A DNA stretch of 63,930 nucleotides, counting the filler, from Thermodesulfobacteriota bacterium (lineage in GTDB: Bacteria > DASVDK01): NCBI GenBank assembly GCA_036381125.1. It is 5 parts of 5 records of this genome, joined end to end, with 100 filler letters (N's around TTAATTAATTAA, not from the genome) between each part and the next. Parts side by side here need not be neighbours in the genome. Positions count along the whole stretch, not along the records: positions 24,920 to 46,410 come from DASVDK010000066.1; 4 more parts are not named here. One strand, given 5' to 3'. The notes under the pieces were generated by a model. The model did no database searches, had not been told where the DNA came from, and was given only the letters and a program-made list of their open reading frames with translations. Shown here piece after piece: positions 30,757 through 42,425 of the stretch; within the stretch, counting starts at the first letter, position 1; each line of letters begins with the position of its first letter. Both the position numbers and the translations under genes were made by a program.

Positions 30757-32109
30757 TCACGACAGGGACCGGGCGAGGAGGTCGGCCATCTCGTCCGCGT
30801 AGGCGCGGATCGCCCGGTCATCGGTCCCCTCGACCATGACCCGCACCAGGTTCTCCGTCCCCGAGTAGCGTACGAGCAGGCGTCCCTCCTCCCCGAGCGC
30901 CGCCTCGATGCGCCGCATCGCCGCCTGGACGTCGGGGAGCGTCGAGAGCGGCGGCTTCCTCGCCACCTTCACGTTCACCAGCACCTGCGGCACCCGCTCC
31001 ATGACCGCCGCCAGCTCCGAGAGGCGCCGCCCCCGACGCTTCAGGATGGCGAGGAGCTGCAGCGCCGACAAGATGCCGTCGCCGGTCGTGTTGTGCTCGA
31101 GGAAGACCATGTGGCCCGACTGCTCGCCGCCGAAGGCGTAGCCGCCGCGGCGCATCTCCTCGACGACGTAGCGATCGCCCACCTGGGTGCGAACCACCCG
31201 CCCGCCGGCCCGGCGCAGCGCGATGTCGAGGCCGAGGTTGCTCATCACGGTCGTCACGACGGTCCCCTTGCTGAGCGCCCCCCGGCCGAGCAGCTCGAGC
31301 CCGCAGACGGCCATGATGGCGTCGCCGTCGACGATCTGCCCCCGCTCGTCGGCCACGATCAGGCGGTCGCCGTCGCCGTCGAGCGCGATGCCGAGGTCGG
31401 CCCCGTTGTCGACCACCGCGCGCGCCATGGCGTCCGGATGGACCGCGCCGCAGAGGTGGTTGATGTTCGCCCCGTTGGGGCGCACCCCCATGAGGACCAG
31501 CTCCGCGCCCAGCTCCTCGAGGACGGCCGGCGCCACCTTGTAGGCCGCGCCGTGGGCGCAGTCGAGCACGATGCGCAGCCCCTCGAGCGTGAGGTCCCGG
31601 GGGAAGGTGTTCTTCAGGAAGACGACGTACCGGCCGACGGCGTCGTCGATGCGAAAGGCCTTGCCGACGAGGTCGGCCGTCGGCCGCGGGCCGTCGACCC
31701 CGCCCTCGACGAGGCGCTCGATCTGCGCCTCCACCTCGTCCGGCAGCTTGAAGCCGTCGCGTGAGAAGAACTTGATCCCGTTGTCCTGGAACGGGTTGTG
31801 GGAGGCGGAGATGACGACCCCGGCGTCGGCGCGCATCGACTGCGTGAGGAAGGCGATCCCCGGCGTCGGCAGGGGGCCCACCAGGAGCACGTCGACCCCC
31901 ATCGAGCAGATGCCGGCCGACAGCGCCATCTCGAACATGTAGCCCGAGAGCCTCGTGTCCTTGCCGATGACGATACGGTGCCGGCCGGGCCCTCGCCGGA
32001 AGACGTGCGCGGCGGCACGCCCCAGCGCAAGGGCCACCTCGGCCGTCATGGGTGGCTCGTTGGCGATTCCCCGGACCCCGTCGGTCCCGAAGAGGTTCCG
32101 CACAGTCAT
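30757..32109 (-). CDS. glmM: Phosphoglucosamine mutase
   Basis: [35 protein letters not shown]. Confidence 0.96.
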   Translation of the reverse strand: MTVRNLFGTDGVRGIANEPPMTAEVALALGRAAAHVFRRGPGRHRIVIGKDTRLSGYMFEMALSAGICSMGVDVLLVGPLPTPGIAFLTQSMRADAGVVISASHNPFQDNGIKFFSRDGFKLPDEVEAQIERLVEGGVDGPRPTADLVGKAFRIDDAVGRYVVFLKNTFPRDLTLEGLRIVLDCAHGAAYKVAPAVLEELGAELVLMGVRPNGANINHLCGAVHPDAMARAVVDNGADLGIALDGDGDRLIVADERGQIVDGDAIMAVCGLELLGRGALSKGTVVTTVMSNLGLDIALRRAGGRVVRTQVGDRYVVEEMRRGGYAFGGEQSGHMVFLEHNTTGDGILSALQLLAILKRRGRRLSELAAVMERVPQVLVNVKVARKPPLSTLPDVQAAMRRIEAALGEEGRLLVRYSGTENLVRVMVEGTDDRAIRAYADEMADLLARSLS

Positions 32110-32135
32110 CCGCCGCTCCCCTCCAGAGGGTTCGC

Positions 32136-32831
32136 TCAGGGCTCGTCCCGGCCGATCCGGACCTGGACCTGCACGACCGCCGGCCCGTCGAGGCGCACGC
32201 CCGCGGCCGGGGCCTCCAGCGGCACCTCGCGCTCCAGGTCGGCCACCGCGCCGGCGACGTCGACGTCCACGGTCCGCACGGCCTCGATGCGGGCAACCGC
32301 CTCGGTACCGCCCACGATGTCGACCGCCGGCGGCTCGACCCGCCAGCCCTTCACCTCGAGCCCCGCCTCCGGGGCTCCGACGATCGAGGCCTCGACCGGC
32401 ACCCGGCGCCGCGTGATCGGGTCGAGCCGCACCTCGATCTCGGGCGGGGTCAGCCGCACGAGGTTGATCCCGCTCGGCAGCGTGACCGCGGACGGCGTGA
32501 GCCGCACGCGGATCGGGTGGTCGGGGCTCGCCCCCGACACGTCGACCGATACCTTGACCTGATCGGGCGAGAGCGACGCGAGGCGGGTCTGCGGGCCGGT
32601 CACCCGGACCTGCGCCTCGCGCTCCACGTCCGCCGCGACCACCGTGCCGGACGGGATGTTCCGCAGATCGATCGGCACGATGAGGCCGATCTCCGCCTCC
32701 CGTTCGCCCACGACGAACAGCCAGAGGACCACCGCGAAGACCACGGCCAGGATCTTGAGCTGCCAGTTCTCGCGCAGCCCGCGCCGCACGCGCCGCAGGT
32801 GGGGGCGCAGCATGCGCCTGCCGGCCGCCAT
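32136..32831 (-). CDS. cdaR: YbbR-domain protein (diadenylate cyclase regulator)
   Basis: [21 protein letters not shown] helix followed by YbbR-like repeats; between cdaA and glmM. Confidence 0.85.
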   Translation of the reverse strand: MAAGRRMLRPHLRRVRRGLRENWQLKILAVVFAVVLWLFVVGEREAEIGLIVPIDLRNIPSGTVVAADVEREAQVRVTGPQTRLASLSPDQVKVSVDVSGASPDHPIRVRLTPSAVTLPSGINLVRLTPPEIEVRLDPITRRRVPVEASIVGAPEAGLEVKGWRVEPPAVDIVGGTEAVARIEAVRTVDVDVAGAVADLEREVPLEAPAAGVRLDGPAVVQVQVRIGRDEP

Positions 32832-33652
32832 CAGCGGGGGGCCACCTCGACCGCCGACTCCTCGGGCGCGGCGCCCCTCGGTCCACCTCGCATCCGGTCG
32901 GGGTCGAAGATCTCGTAGAGCGACTTCTTCAGCGTGCCGGCATCGAGCCCGCGCTGGATCTGTCCGGCGACGACCAGCGACACGCTGCCGGTCTCCTCGG
33001 AGACCGAGACGACGACCGCGTCGGTCTCCTCGGTGAGGCCGAGGGCGGCCCGGTGGCGCGTGCCGAGGTCGCGTTGCACGTTGGGGTTCGTCGTGAGGGG
33101 GAAGTAGCACCCGGCGGCCGAGATCCTCCCCTTCTGGATGATGATGGCGCCGTCGTGCAGCGGCGAGTTGGGCCAGAAGATCGTGAGGATCAGCTCCTTC
33201 GTGACGGTCGCGTCGATCGTCGTCCCCACGTCCACGTAGTCCCTGAGTCCCGTTCGCCGCTCGATGGCGATGAGCCCCCCCACCCGCTCCGCCCCCATCG
33301 CGACGGCCGCCTTCACGACCTCGTCGAGGACCGGCTCCTCCCCCTCGGCGCCGGAGCCGAAGAGGAAGGGGCTGCGGGCGACCTGCGCGAGCGCGCGGCG
33401 GATGTCGGCCTGGAACACGACGATGATCACGAGGATGATCGACGAGAGGAAGTTCGAGAGGATCCACTCGAGCGTCAGCAGGCGGAAGGTCTCCGCCACG
33501 TGGAACACGAGGAAGACGATGGCGAGGCCCGTGAGGATCTGGACCGCCCGCGTCCCCTTGATGAGGACCATGAGCCGGTAGAAGACGAACGCCACGACGG
33601 CGATGTCGACCAGGTCCACCCAGCGGACGCTCGTGAGCAGGTCCCGCAGCAT
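32831..33652 (-). CDS. cdaA: Diadenylate cyclase CdaA/DacA
   Basis: Three N-terminal TM helices; PLHDGA and GTRHRAA catalytic motifs; VSEETG. Confidence 0.95.
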   Translation of the reverse strand: MLRDLLTSVRWVDLVDIAVVAFVFYRLMVLIKGTRAVQILTGLAIVFLVFHVAETFRLLTLEWILSNFLSSIILVIIVVFQADIRRALAQVARSPFLFGSGAEGEEPVLDEVVKAAVAMGAERVGGLIAIERRTGLRDYVDVGTTIDATVTKELILTIFWPNSPLHDGAIIIQKGRISAAGCYFPLTTNPNVQRDLGTRHRAALGLTEETDAVVVSVSEETGSVSLVVAGQIQRGLDAGTLKKSLYEIFDPDRMRGGPRGAAPEESAVEVAPR

Positions 33653-33656
33653 GCCG

Positions 33657-34511
33657 CTACGCGTCCGGCGCCGATCGAACGGCGTGGGCGACCCGCGCGA
33701 CGCGCCGCATGGTCGCGACGTCGTGGACCCGGATCACGTCGACCCCGAGGAAGGCGGCGATCGCCACGGCGGCGGCGGTGCCGTGGGCCCTCGCCTGCAT
33801 GTCCGGCTCCTCGAGGGTGCGGGCGATGAAGGACTTCATGGAGGGCCCGAGGACCACCGGGTGGCCGAGCGCCCGCACCCGCCCGACCTCGCGCACCAGC
33901 ACGAGGTTCTCGGCCAGGGTCTTGCCGAAGCCGATCCCGGGGTCGAGGAAGATCCGCTCGGCCGCGATCCCGGCGGCGCGCGCGCGGGCGGCGGCCTCGC
34001 GCAGGTCGTCGAGGACGCGCGGCAACGGCGCGCCGAGGGTCGCGGCGTCGTGGAAGCGTCAGGGCAGGCCGGTCGAGTGCATGAGGATCACGGCGGCCCC
34101 GCGTCCGGCCGCCACGGCGGCCAGCTCCGCGTCGGCCCTGAGCGCGGTCACGTCGTTCACGATGTCGGCGCCCGCGTCGAGCGCGCGGGCGGCCGTGGCC
34201 GCCCGGTAGGTGTCCACCGACAGCGGCACCGGCACCTCCCTGGCGAGTCGCTCGATCACCGGCAGGATCCGCGCGACCTCCTCGGCGCCCGACACCGGGG
34301 CGCCGCCGGGCCGCGTCGACTCCCCGCCGACGTCGATCAGGTCCGCCCCCTCGGCCACGAGCGCGCGGCCGCGCGCCACCGCAGCGTCCGGGTCGAGGTA
34401 GAGTCCGCCGTCGCTGAAGGAGTCGGGCGTGACGTTGAGGACGCCCATGACGAGCGGGCGTTCGCCGATCACCAGGCGCTTGCCGCCGCGGAACTCCAGC
34501 ACGTTCGGCAC
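33657..34511 (-). pseudogene. folP: Dihydropteroate synthase interrupted by an in-frame TGA (34059-34061)
   Basis: MGVLNVTPDSFSDGG, GGESTRPG and NDV in the first half; DPGIGFGK and IRVHDV in the second; same frame, with one TGA in MHSTGLP*RFHD. Confidence 0.85.
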
Positions 34512-34580
34512 ATGGGCCTCCGAAGTGCTCGCGCGCCGAGCCCCGGGTCCGGTGCGGAACGGCAGGGCGTCGGGGAACGG

Positions 34581-36497
<1,917 letters not shown>

Positions 36498-36570
36498 CGA
36501 CTCCCCCTTGCACCGCAGGCCCCGAAGTGCGATCTGCATCAACCGGACCGACACCTTTCGGGCGTGCGTT

Positions 36571-36599
36571 CTTATAGCAGAACCGGCCTCCCGTCACAA
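36571..36599 (-). promoter_or_regulatory. Putative sigma70 promoter of ftsH
   Basis: Minus strand TTGTGA-N17-TATAAG with TG extension. Confidence 0.55.
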
Positions 36600-36600
36600 G

Positions 36601-37698
36601 TTACGGCCCGGTACGCGCGGCCCGATCGGGCCTCGGCCGCGCCCGTCCGGTCCTCTCCGGGACGCGGCCCGCGACCTCCAGGGCGCCGCGCTCGAGGGAC
36701 ACGGCCACCCGACCCGGCCATCGCACCGGCCCCCCGACCGACCGGCCCCGGCCGGCCGCCCGGCGGCCGGCCACGAGGCGGCGGGCGGCCTCCACCTGGG
36801 CGAAGGACGGGGCCGGCGCCTCCGGGGCCGCCCGGCTCCCGGCGAGACGGAGCACCCGGCGCTGGAGCGCAACCGGAAGCGCGGCGAGCCCCGAGGCGGA
36901 CAGCCGCACCGCCGCCGGCCCGGCGTCCAGCAGCACCCGGTCGTAGGCCCCCTCGGCCAGGCCGGCGAGGACCGCCTCCTCGTCGCGGGCGATCGCCGCG
37001 GTGGCCGCCAGCGCCTCGTCCAGGCGCGCGTTGACCCGCCGCCGCAACGGCGGCAGCAGGTCCAGGCGCAGGGCGTTCCTCAGCCAGCGGCGGTCGGCGT
37101 TCGTCGGGTCGGGATGGATCGGCAGGCCCCGCTCGGCGACGCGGGCCGCGAGGTCGGCGCGGGGCACGTCGAGCAGCGGCCGGACGAGACGCAGCGGGGG
37201 GCCGCCATCTGGGTCGGGGAGGCTCCGCGAGGGGGCCATTCCGCCGAGGCCTCTGAGCCCCGTCCCCCGCAGGAGCCGCAGCAGCACCGTCTCGGCCTGG
37301 TCGTCCCGGCTGTGCGCCACCGCCACCACGCCGCACCCCGTCTCCCGCGCAAGGCGCGCCAGGGCGGCGTAGCGGGCCCGCCGGAGCGCCGCCTCGCCCG
37401 GCATCGGCGCCCCGGGCGCCGGCGCCGGCAGGCGCGCCTCGCGGTACGGCAGGCCGCGCTCCGCGGCAAGCCGCTCGACGAGGGCGGCCGCCTTGCGCCC
37501 CTCGGCGCCTCGCAGGCCGTGGTCCACGTGCCCCACGACGAGGTCCACCCCCAGACGCGGCGCGAGGAGGGCGAGGAGGTCGAGGAGGGCCACCGAGTCT
37601 GCCCCGCCCGACACCGCCACGAGGCATCGCTCGCCCGCCGCGAGGAGCGGCCCCTCGCGCAGCGCCCGCTCGACCCGCGCGAGGAGCCCCGCGGCCAT
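36601..37698 (-). CDS. tilS: tRNA(Ile)-lysidine synthetase (short form, no evident TilS_C domain)
   Basis: AVSGGADS PP-loop, HVDHGLR, AHSRDDQAET, VRPLL, DPTN, RNALR. Confidence 0.9.
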   Translation of the reverse strand: MAAGLLARVERALREGPLLAAGERCLVAVSGGADSVALLDLLALLAPRLGVDLVVGHVDHGLRGAEGRKAAALVERLAAERGLPYREARLPAPAPGAPMPGEAALRRARYAALARLARETGCGVVAVAHSRDDQAETVLLRLLRGTGLRGLGGMAPSRSLPDPDGGPPLRLVRPLLDVPRADLAARVAERGLPIHPDPTNADRRWLRNALRLDLLPPLRRRVNARLDEALAATAAIARDEEAVLAGLAEGAYDRVLLDAGPAAVRLSASGLAALPVALQRRVLRLAGSRAAPEAPAPSFAQVEAARRLVAGRRAAGRGRSVGGPVRWPGRVAVSLERGALEVAGRVPERTGRARPRPDRAARTGP

Positions 37699-37700
37699 GG

Positions 37701-38843
37701 TCAGATCATCTCGATCAACCGCGCCAGCAGCGCCGCCCGCTCCGGCATCCGGTCCACCCGGACGTGCTCGTGCAGGGCATGGGCGCCGTCGCCGATGGCG
37801 CCGAGGCCGTCGAGCGTCGGGACGCCGAGCGCGGAGGTGAAGTTGCCGTCGCTGCCGCCGCCGACCGACGCCTCGCCGGGCTCGGGCAGCCCGATGGCGG
37901 CGGCCGCCTGCCGCGCGAGCGCGAGCAGGCGAGCGGCGGCCTCGGTGCGCTCCATCGGCGGGCGGTTGAGGCCGCCTTCGACCTCGATCCGCGCGTCGGG
38001 GTGCGCGGGGCGGAGCGCCCGGATCGCCGCGTCGACGCGGTCGGCCTCGGCGCGGCTCGACACGCGCACGTCCAGTTCGGCCGTCGCCTCGGCGGCGATC
38101 ACGTTCGGCCGCGTGCCGCCGGTCGCCACCCCGACGTTCACCGTCGTCCCCCGGCCGAGGTCGGTGAGCGCGTGGCAGGCGAGGATCACGCGCGCCATCT
38201 CCTCGAGCGCGCTCACCCCCTTCTCGGGCTCGAGGCCGGCATGGGCCGCGCGGCCGGTGACGCGGAGCGAGTAGAGGCCGACCCCCTTGCGCCCGGTCTT
38301 GAGCGCGCCGCGCTCGCCCGCCGCCGGCTCGAGGATGAGCGCGGCGGCGGCCCCTCGCGCCTCGGCCTCCACCACGGGGCGGCTCTGCCGGCTGCCGCGC
38401 TCCTCGTCGCCGGTCGCGAGGAGGACGACCGGGCGCGGCGGCGTCCGACCGAGCGCGCGCAGCGCCGCGAGGGCGAAGAGCCCCTGCACGAGCCCCGCCT
38501 TCATGTCGAAGACCCCGGGGCCGCGCGCGACCTGACCGTCGAGGGTGAAGGGACGCGCCTTGACCGTCCCGAGCGGCCAGACCGTGTCGAGGTGGCCGAT
38601 GAGGACGACCGGTGCGGCCCCGGCGTCGGCCCCGTCGAAGCGGGCGCGCACGGCGCGGGCCGCGCTGCCGCACGGCAGGCGGTCGACGCGGGCGCCGAGG
38701 TCCGCCGCGGCGCGAGCCAGAAGGTCGCCGGCCGTCTCGACGTGTCCGGGGGAGTCGGAGGGAGACTCCGCGTCGACGAGCGCCGCGAGCGCGGCGACCA
38801 TGTCGGCGCGGTGTTCGTGCAGCCAGCCAAGCAGGGGGTCCAT
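37701..38843 (-). CDS. M20-family metallopeptidase (carboxypeptidase G2-like)
   Basis: GHLDTV, GPGVFDMKAG, GDEERGS, GGSDGN, GAHALHE. Confidence 0.9.
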   Translation of the reverse strand: MDPLLGWLHEHRADMVAALAALVDAESPSDSPGHVETAGDLLARAAADLGARVDRLPCGSAARAVRARFDGADAGAAPVVLIGHLDTVWPLGTVKARPFTLDGQVARGPGVFDMKAGLVQGLFALAALRALGRTPPRPVVLLATGDEERGSRQSRPVVEAEARGAAAALILEPAAGERGALKTGRKGVGLYSLRVTGRAAHAGLEPEKGVSALEEMARVILACHALTDLGRGTTVNVGVATGGTRPNVIAAEATAELDVRVSSRAEADRVDAAIRALRPAHPDARIEVEGGLNRPPMERTEAAARLLALARQAAAAIGLPEPGEASVGGGSDGNFTSALGVPTLDGLGAIGDGAHALHEHVRVDRMPERAALLARLIEMI

Positions 38844-38927
38844 TCTCACACCGTATCAGGGACCCGTGAGCCTGGCAATTCGGCGGGAAGCGGCCCGCGC
38901 TCGCGCGAGCCGCCGGGACGGCGATCA

Positions 38928-38951
38928 GGAGGGGGACGCCGGTCCCCCTCC
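38928..38951 (-). terminator. GC-rich hairpin, probable terminator of the 38964-39671 gene
   Basis: Perfect 10-bp stem GGAGGGGGAC-GCCG-GTCCCCCTCC, 12 bp after the stop; no clear U-tract. Confidence 0.5.
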
Positions 38952-38963
38952 CGACCCCGAACG

Positions 38964-39671
38964 CTACTGGCTGGAGCCTCCGCCCGAGCCGCCGCTGCCG
39001 CCCGAGCCGCCGCTGCCGCCCGAGCCGCTGCCGCCGCCCGAGCCGCTGCTGCCGCCCGAGCCGCTGCTGCCGCCCGAGCCGCTCGTGCCGCCGCCCCCGG
39101 TCGAGCCGCCCTCGCTACCCGGCACGACCGGTGCGCCCTGGCCGATCCCGGGCGCCTGGGTACCTGGAGGCGTGCCGCCCTCGACCGAAGCCGGACCGGT
39201 GCCGAGACTGTCGGACGGCAGCGGAGCCCCCTCGCCCGGACGCGTCGTCTCCGAGCCGCTCGTCCCCGAGAGGCTCATGCCGGCCTCCTCTTCCACGCGG
39301 GCCCGCAACTCCGGATCGGTCTGCACCTGCCGGTGGATCTCCTGGAACTCCTCGACCGTCATCGACGAGCCGAGGCCCGTGAGCGTCGTGCTCAGGGTCT
39401 GCTCCTTGCCCTCGAGGTCGCCGCTCTGGAGCGCGGCCCTCAACTCCTCGTGCTGGTCCCCCTCCTGGACCTCCTGCCGGATGCGCGCGTACTCGCGCAG
39501 ATCCTCGTCGCTGATCGTGCTTGCCGCACGGCCGCCATGCGACATCCCGCCCGAGGGCGCCGTCTGGGAGGCCGGCTGGTCGGCCGTCGACTGGGCCGCG
39601 GCCGGAGCGGCCGCGAGGAGGCCGAGAGCGGCCAGGAGCGCCGTCGTGTTCGTCGCCACGTTCACCTGCAT
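38964..39671 (-). CDS. Secreted protein, DUF4168-like core plus Gly/Ser-rich disordered tail
   Basis: AAGGAG SD plus ATG; signal peptide (AAPAAA-Q); ISDEDLREYARI...MTVEEFQEIHRQVQTDPELRARV core. Confidence 0.7.
   Translation of the reverse strand: MQVNVATNTTALLAALGLLAAAPAAAQSTADQPASQTAPSGGMSHGGRAASTISDEDLREYARIRQEVQEGDQHEELRAALQSGDLEGKEQTLSTTLTGLGSSMTVEEFQEIHRQVQTDPELRARVEEEAGMSLSGTSGSETTRPGEGAPLPSDSLGTGPASVEGGTPPGTQAPGIGQGAPVVPGSEGGSTGGGGTSGSGGSSGSGGSSGSGGGSGSGGSGGSGGSGGSGGGSSQ
38980..39087. repeat. Intragenic 18-bp tandem repeat x6
   Basis: CCGCCCGAGCCGC(C/T)GCTG-like units encoding (S/G)(S/G)GSGG. Confidence 0.9.
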
Positions 39672-39810
39672 GTGTCTGTACTCCTTCCGTCCGTGACGGC
39701 CGTTCGCGCAATCGGCGCACGGCCGATCGCCGGACCTGATCCGGCGCATGCACGAATCGAGAGCAAGTTGCGGGCCGACGCGAGGGGCACCGGCACGCCC
39801 CACGCGACCG

Positions 39811-40923
39811 TCAGGCCGCGAAGCGGGCGAGCGTGAAGGGAGCGAGGAGCGGCGAGGTCCGCCCGTCGAGGATGAGGTCGGCGAGCAGCCGTGCGGTGAT
39901 CGGGGCGAGGAGGATGCCGTTGCGGAAGTGGCCGGTCGCGAGGACGAGCCCCGGCAGCCCGGGCACGGCGCCGAGGATCGGCAGGCCGTCGGGCGTGCCG
40001 GGCCTGAGCCCCGCCCACGCGCGGACGACGCCCGCGGCCGCGAGGGCGGGCACGCCGTCGCACGCCGCCCGCGCGAGGCCCGCCACCGCGCCCAGCGTGA
40101 CGCGCGTGTCGAAGCCGGCCTCCTCGACCGTCGCGCCGACCAGCACGCGCCCCGCGGCGCGCGGCACGAGATAGGCGTCGGCCGTCCAGACGAGCGCGTG
40201 CAGGCGGCCCACCGGCAGACGGGTCTCGATCATCTGCCCCTTCACCGGCCGCACCGGGACGACGAGGCCGAGCGTCGCGGCGAGCCCCGCCGACCAGGCG
40301 CCCGCGGCGAGCACCGTGACGCCGGCCGGCAGCGGGCCGGCCTCGGTCTCGAGGCCGGTCACGCGCGACCCCTCGCGCAGCACCCCGGTCACCGCCACGC
40401 CGAGGCGGAACTCGACGCCACGGTCGCGGGCGAGGTCGGCCAGCGCGCGCGTCAACCGCTCGTTGTCCACCTGCCAGGGGATCGGGTCGTGCATGGCGCC
40501 GAGGATCCGCGGCGAGAGCGCCGGCTCGAGACGCCGGGCCTCGGAGGCCTCGAGCCAGCGGGCGTCGTCGCCGTCGGCGCGGCGCCGGGCGGCGGTCTCG
40601 GCGAGGCGCGCCGCCTCGCCCTCGTCGAGGGCGACGTGCAGCAGGCCCGGCTGCCGCAGCTCGACGTCCGTGCCGGTCCGGTCGCGCAGCCGAGCGGCGA
40701 GCGGCTCGAAGAGCGGCAACGAGGCGCGGGCGAGGTCGAGGAAGGCGCCGGCGGCCGCGGTCTCCCCTTGCGGCACCAGCATGCCGGCCGCCGCCGAGGA
40801 GGCCCCGGCTCCCGGCTCGGCGCGGTCGACGACCGTCACCCGGCAGCCGGCGTCGGCCAGTTCGAGCGCGAGCGCCGAACCGATGATGCCCGCGCCCGCG
40901 ATGACGACGTCGGCCCGGCTCAC
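39811..40923 (-). CDS. thiO: Glycine oxidase
   Basis: GAGIIG, ASSAAAGML, PVKGQ, GATVEEAGFD, WAGLRP, GHFRNGILLAP. Confidence 0.9.
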   Translation of the reverse strand: MSRADVVIAGAGIIGSALALELADAGCRVTVVDRAEPGAGASSAAAGMLVPQGETAAAGAFLDLARASLPLFEPLAARLRDRTGTDVELRQPGLLHVALDEGEAARLAETAARRRADGDDARWLEASEARRLEPALSPRILGAMHDPIPWQVDNERLTRALADLARDRGVEFRLGVAVTGVLREGSRVTGLETEAGPLPAGVTVLAAGAWSAGLAATLGLVVPVRPVKGQMIETRLPVGRLHALVWTADAYLVPRAAGRVLVGATVEEAGFDTRVTLGAVAGLARAACDGVPALAAAGVVRAWAGLRPGTPDGLPILGAVPGLPGLVLATGHFRNGILLAPITARLLADLILDGRTSPLLAPFTLARFAA

Positions 40924-41621
40924 GCCGGCCAGGCCTCGGCCGCGCTCGCTTCGGCCGGGGCGATCCGCCCGTCCACGAGCGTGACGAGCCGGCCGCCGAG
41001 CGCGGCCAGCGCCGTCTGGTCATGGGTCACGTAGAGGAGCGCGGCGCCGGTCCTGCGCAGGCGGGCCGCGAGCCGGTCGAGGATGGCGAGCCGGGTCGGC
41101 ACGTCCACGAGCGACACCGGCTCGTCGGCGATGAGAAGGGCCGGACGCTCCGCCAGGGCGCGAGCGAGGATCACCCGCTGCCGCTCGCCGCCCGACAGGG
41201 TCGCCAGCGGCCGGTCGAGGAAGCGCGCGAAGTCGGGCAGCCCGGCGTCCGCGAAGGCCGTCTCGTCGCGGGTCGCGCCCAGGAACTCGCTCACCGCGAC
41301 CTTGGGATCGACGAGGGCGTCGGTGTCCTGCGGGATGTACGCGATCTGGCCCGCGCGGCGCACGTGGCCGCGCGTCTGCCGCACGCGCCCGGCCGCGATG
41401 CCGGCCAGGGTGGACTTGCCGCTGCCCGACGGTCCCGTGAGCCCGACGAACTCGCCCGGCGCCACCGAGAGCGACACGCCGTCGAGCGCGAGCGCCCGCG
41501 TCGGCCGGCCCCACAGGACCGCGAGGCGGGGCGACAGCCGATAGATCTTCACGACCTCCTCGAGCGCGAGCACGGGCCCGGCCGGAGCGGTCTCACGCAC
41601 GGTTCGGCTCTCCTTCGGCAT
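40920..41621 (-). CDS. ABC transporter ATP-binding protein (Opp/DppF-like, short)
   Basis: GPSGSGKST, LSGGERQR, LIADEPVSLVD, VTHD; start uncertain. Confidence 0.82.
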   Translation of the reverse strand: MPKESRTVRETAPAGPVLALEEVVKIYRLSPRLAVLWGRPTRALALDGVSLSVAPGEFVGLTGPSGSGKSTLAGIAAGRVRQTRGHVRRAGQIAYIPQDTDALVDPKVAVSEFLGATRDETAFADAGLPDFARFLDRPLATLSGGERQRVILARALAERPALLIADEPVSLVDVPTRLAILDRLAARLRRTGAALLYVTHDQTALAALGGRLVTLVDGRIAPAEASAAEAWPA

Positions 41622-41713
41622 GGGAACGATCGATCTCGCGCGGCCCCCGTCCCGGCCGCCCGGGACGAGGCTCCGGCCGTCGTCGGGAGGGCCGTTCGGA
41701 CGAGGGAGGGAAT

Positions 41714-41789
41714 TGGTGGCGGCGGGTGGAGTCGAACCACCGCATAAGGGCTTATGAGACCCCCGCCTTAACCGCTTGGCTACGCCGCC
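41714..41789 (-). tRNA. tRNA with CAT anticodon, probably elongator tRNA-Met
   Basis: GGCGGCG/CGCCGCC acceptor stem, CT-CAT-AA loop, GGTTCGACTCC T-arm, encoded ACCA 3' end; 76 nt. Confidence 0.92.
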
Positions 41790-41802
41790 GGAAAACCTCG
41801 TC

Positions 41803-41830
41803 ATTGTATCGGCGGGGCGTGCCCTGTCAA
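41803..41830 (-). promoter_or_regulatory. Sigma70 promoter of the tRNA
   Basis: Minus strand TTGACA-N16-TACAAT, 13 nt upstream of the tRNA 5' end. Confidence 0.8.
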
Positions 41831-41887
41831 CCGACCGGCGGCCGACCGGGCCCCCGCGGCGGGCGGCTTTTGCTACGCTCGGGAGCC

Positions 41888-42304
41888 ATGGCCGATCTGA
41901 TCCAGCACTGGCAGGAGCGGTGGATCGACGTGATCTTCCCGGCCGACGTGCCCCCGCTCGGCCGAGAGGGCGGTCCGTTCGCTCACGGGTTCAGCATCTA
42001 CGACGGCGTCGTCGTGGTGTGGGACAAGCGCTACGACCCGACCATCCTCACCTGGCTCGACATGCTCGACGACCGGACCATCGAGAACCTCGCCCTCGTC
42101 GTGGAGCGCGGCGGCCAGGTGGCGCTCCGCTGGCGGCACGAGGTCCCCAGCCAGTACACGGCGGGCACCGCCATCCCCGTCCTCATCGGCGCCGACGACA
42201 CCGGCGAGTTCATGATCGTCGACTCGGCCCTCCTCGGCGGCAACGGCGAGGACCCCAAGCCGTCGAAGAAGCGCGACCGAAGGCTTCGACTGGTCAAGAA
42301 GTAG
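41888..42304 (+). CDS. Hypothetical protein
   Basis: 138-aa ORF with strong GC3 codon bias and globular composition (MADLIQHWQERWIDVIF...); no family recognised. Confidence 0.7.
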   Translation: MADLIQHWQERWIDVIFPADVPPLGREGGPFAHGFSIYDGVVVVWDKRYDPTILTWLDMLDDRTIENLALVVERGGQVALRWRHEVPSQYTAGTAIPVLIGADDTGEFMIVDSALLGGNGEDPKPSKKRDRRLRLVKK

Positions 42305-42371
42305 CGCCCACGGGCCCTCGTGCACGAGCGGGTGCGCGGCGCGGGTCGGCTGCCCGCCGTGGAGAACGAGC

Positions 42372-42422
42372 GGGGTCGGACCCCGACGTTCCCCGGCCTG
42401 GAAAATGGAAAGGCCTGACCCC
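42372..42422. repeat. REP-like intergenic repeat, copy 2
   Basis: GGGGTCGGACCCC (42372-42384) plus TGGAAAATGGAAAGGCCTGACCCC (42399-42422; 23/24 match to the unit at 2344); between convergent genes. Confidence 0.8.
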
Positions 42423-42425
42423 GTT

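Noticed and set aside
34020-34061. Selenocysteine recoding of folP
   Set aside because: The position is not a Cys site in DHPS, and any downstream hairpin is unremarkable at this GC content; kept only as a minor alternative.
38980-39087. 18-bp repeat array as CRISPR, or a plus-strand PPEPLL protein
   Set aside because: No spacers; explained by the Gly/Ser tail of the minus-strand gene, which has an SD and a signal peptide.
41690-41730. Integrative element at the tRNA 3' end
   Set aside because: No integrase and no duplicated tRNA 3' end found in the window.
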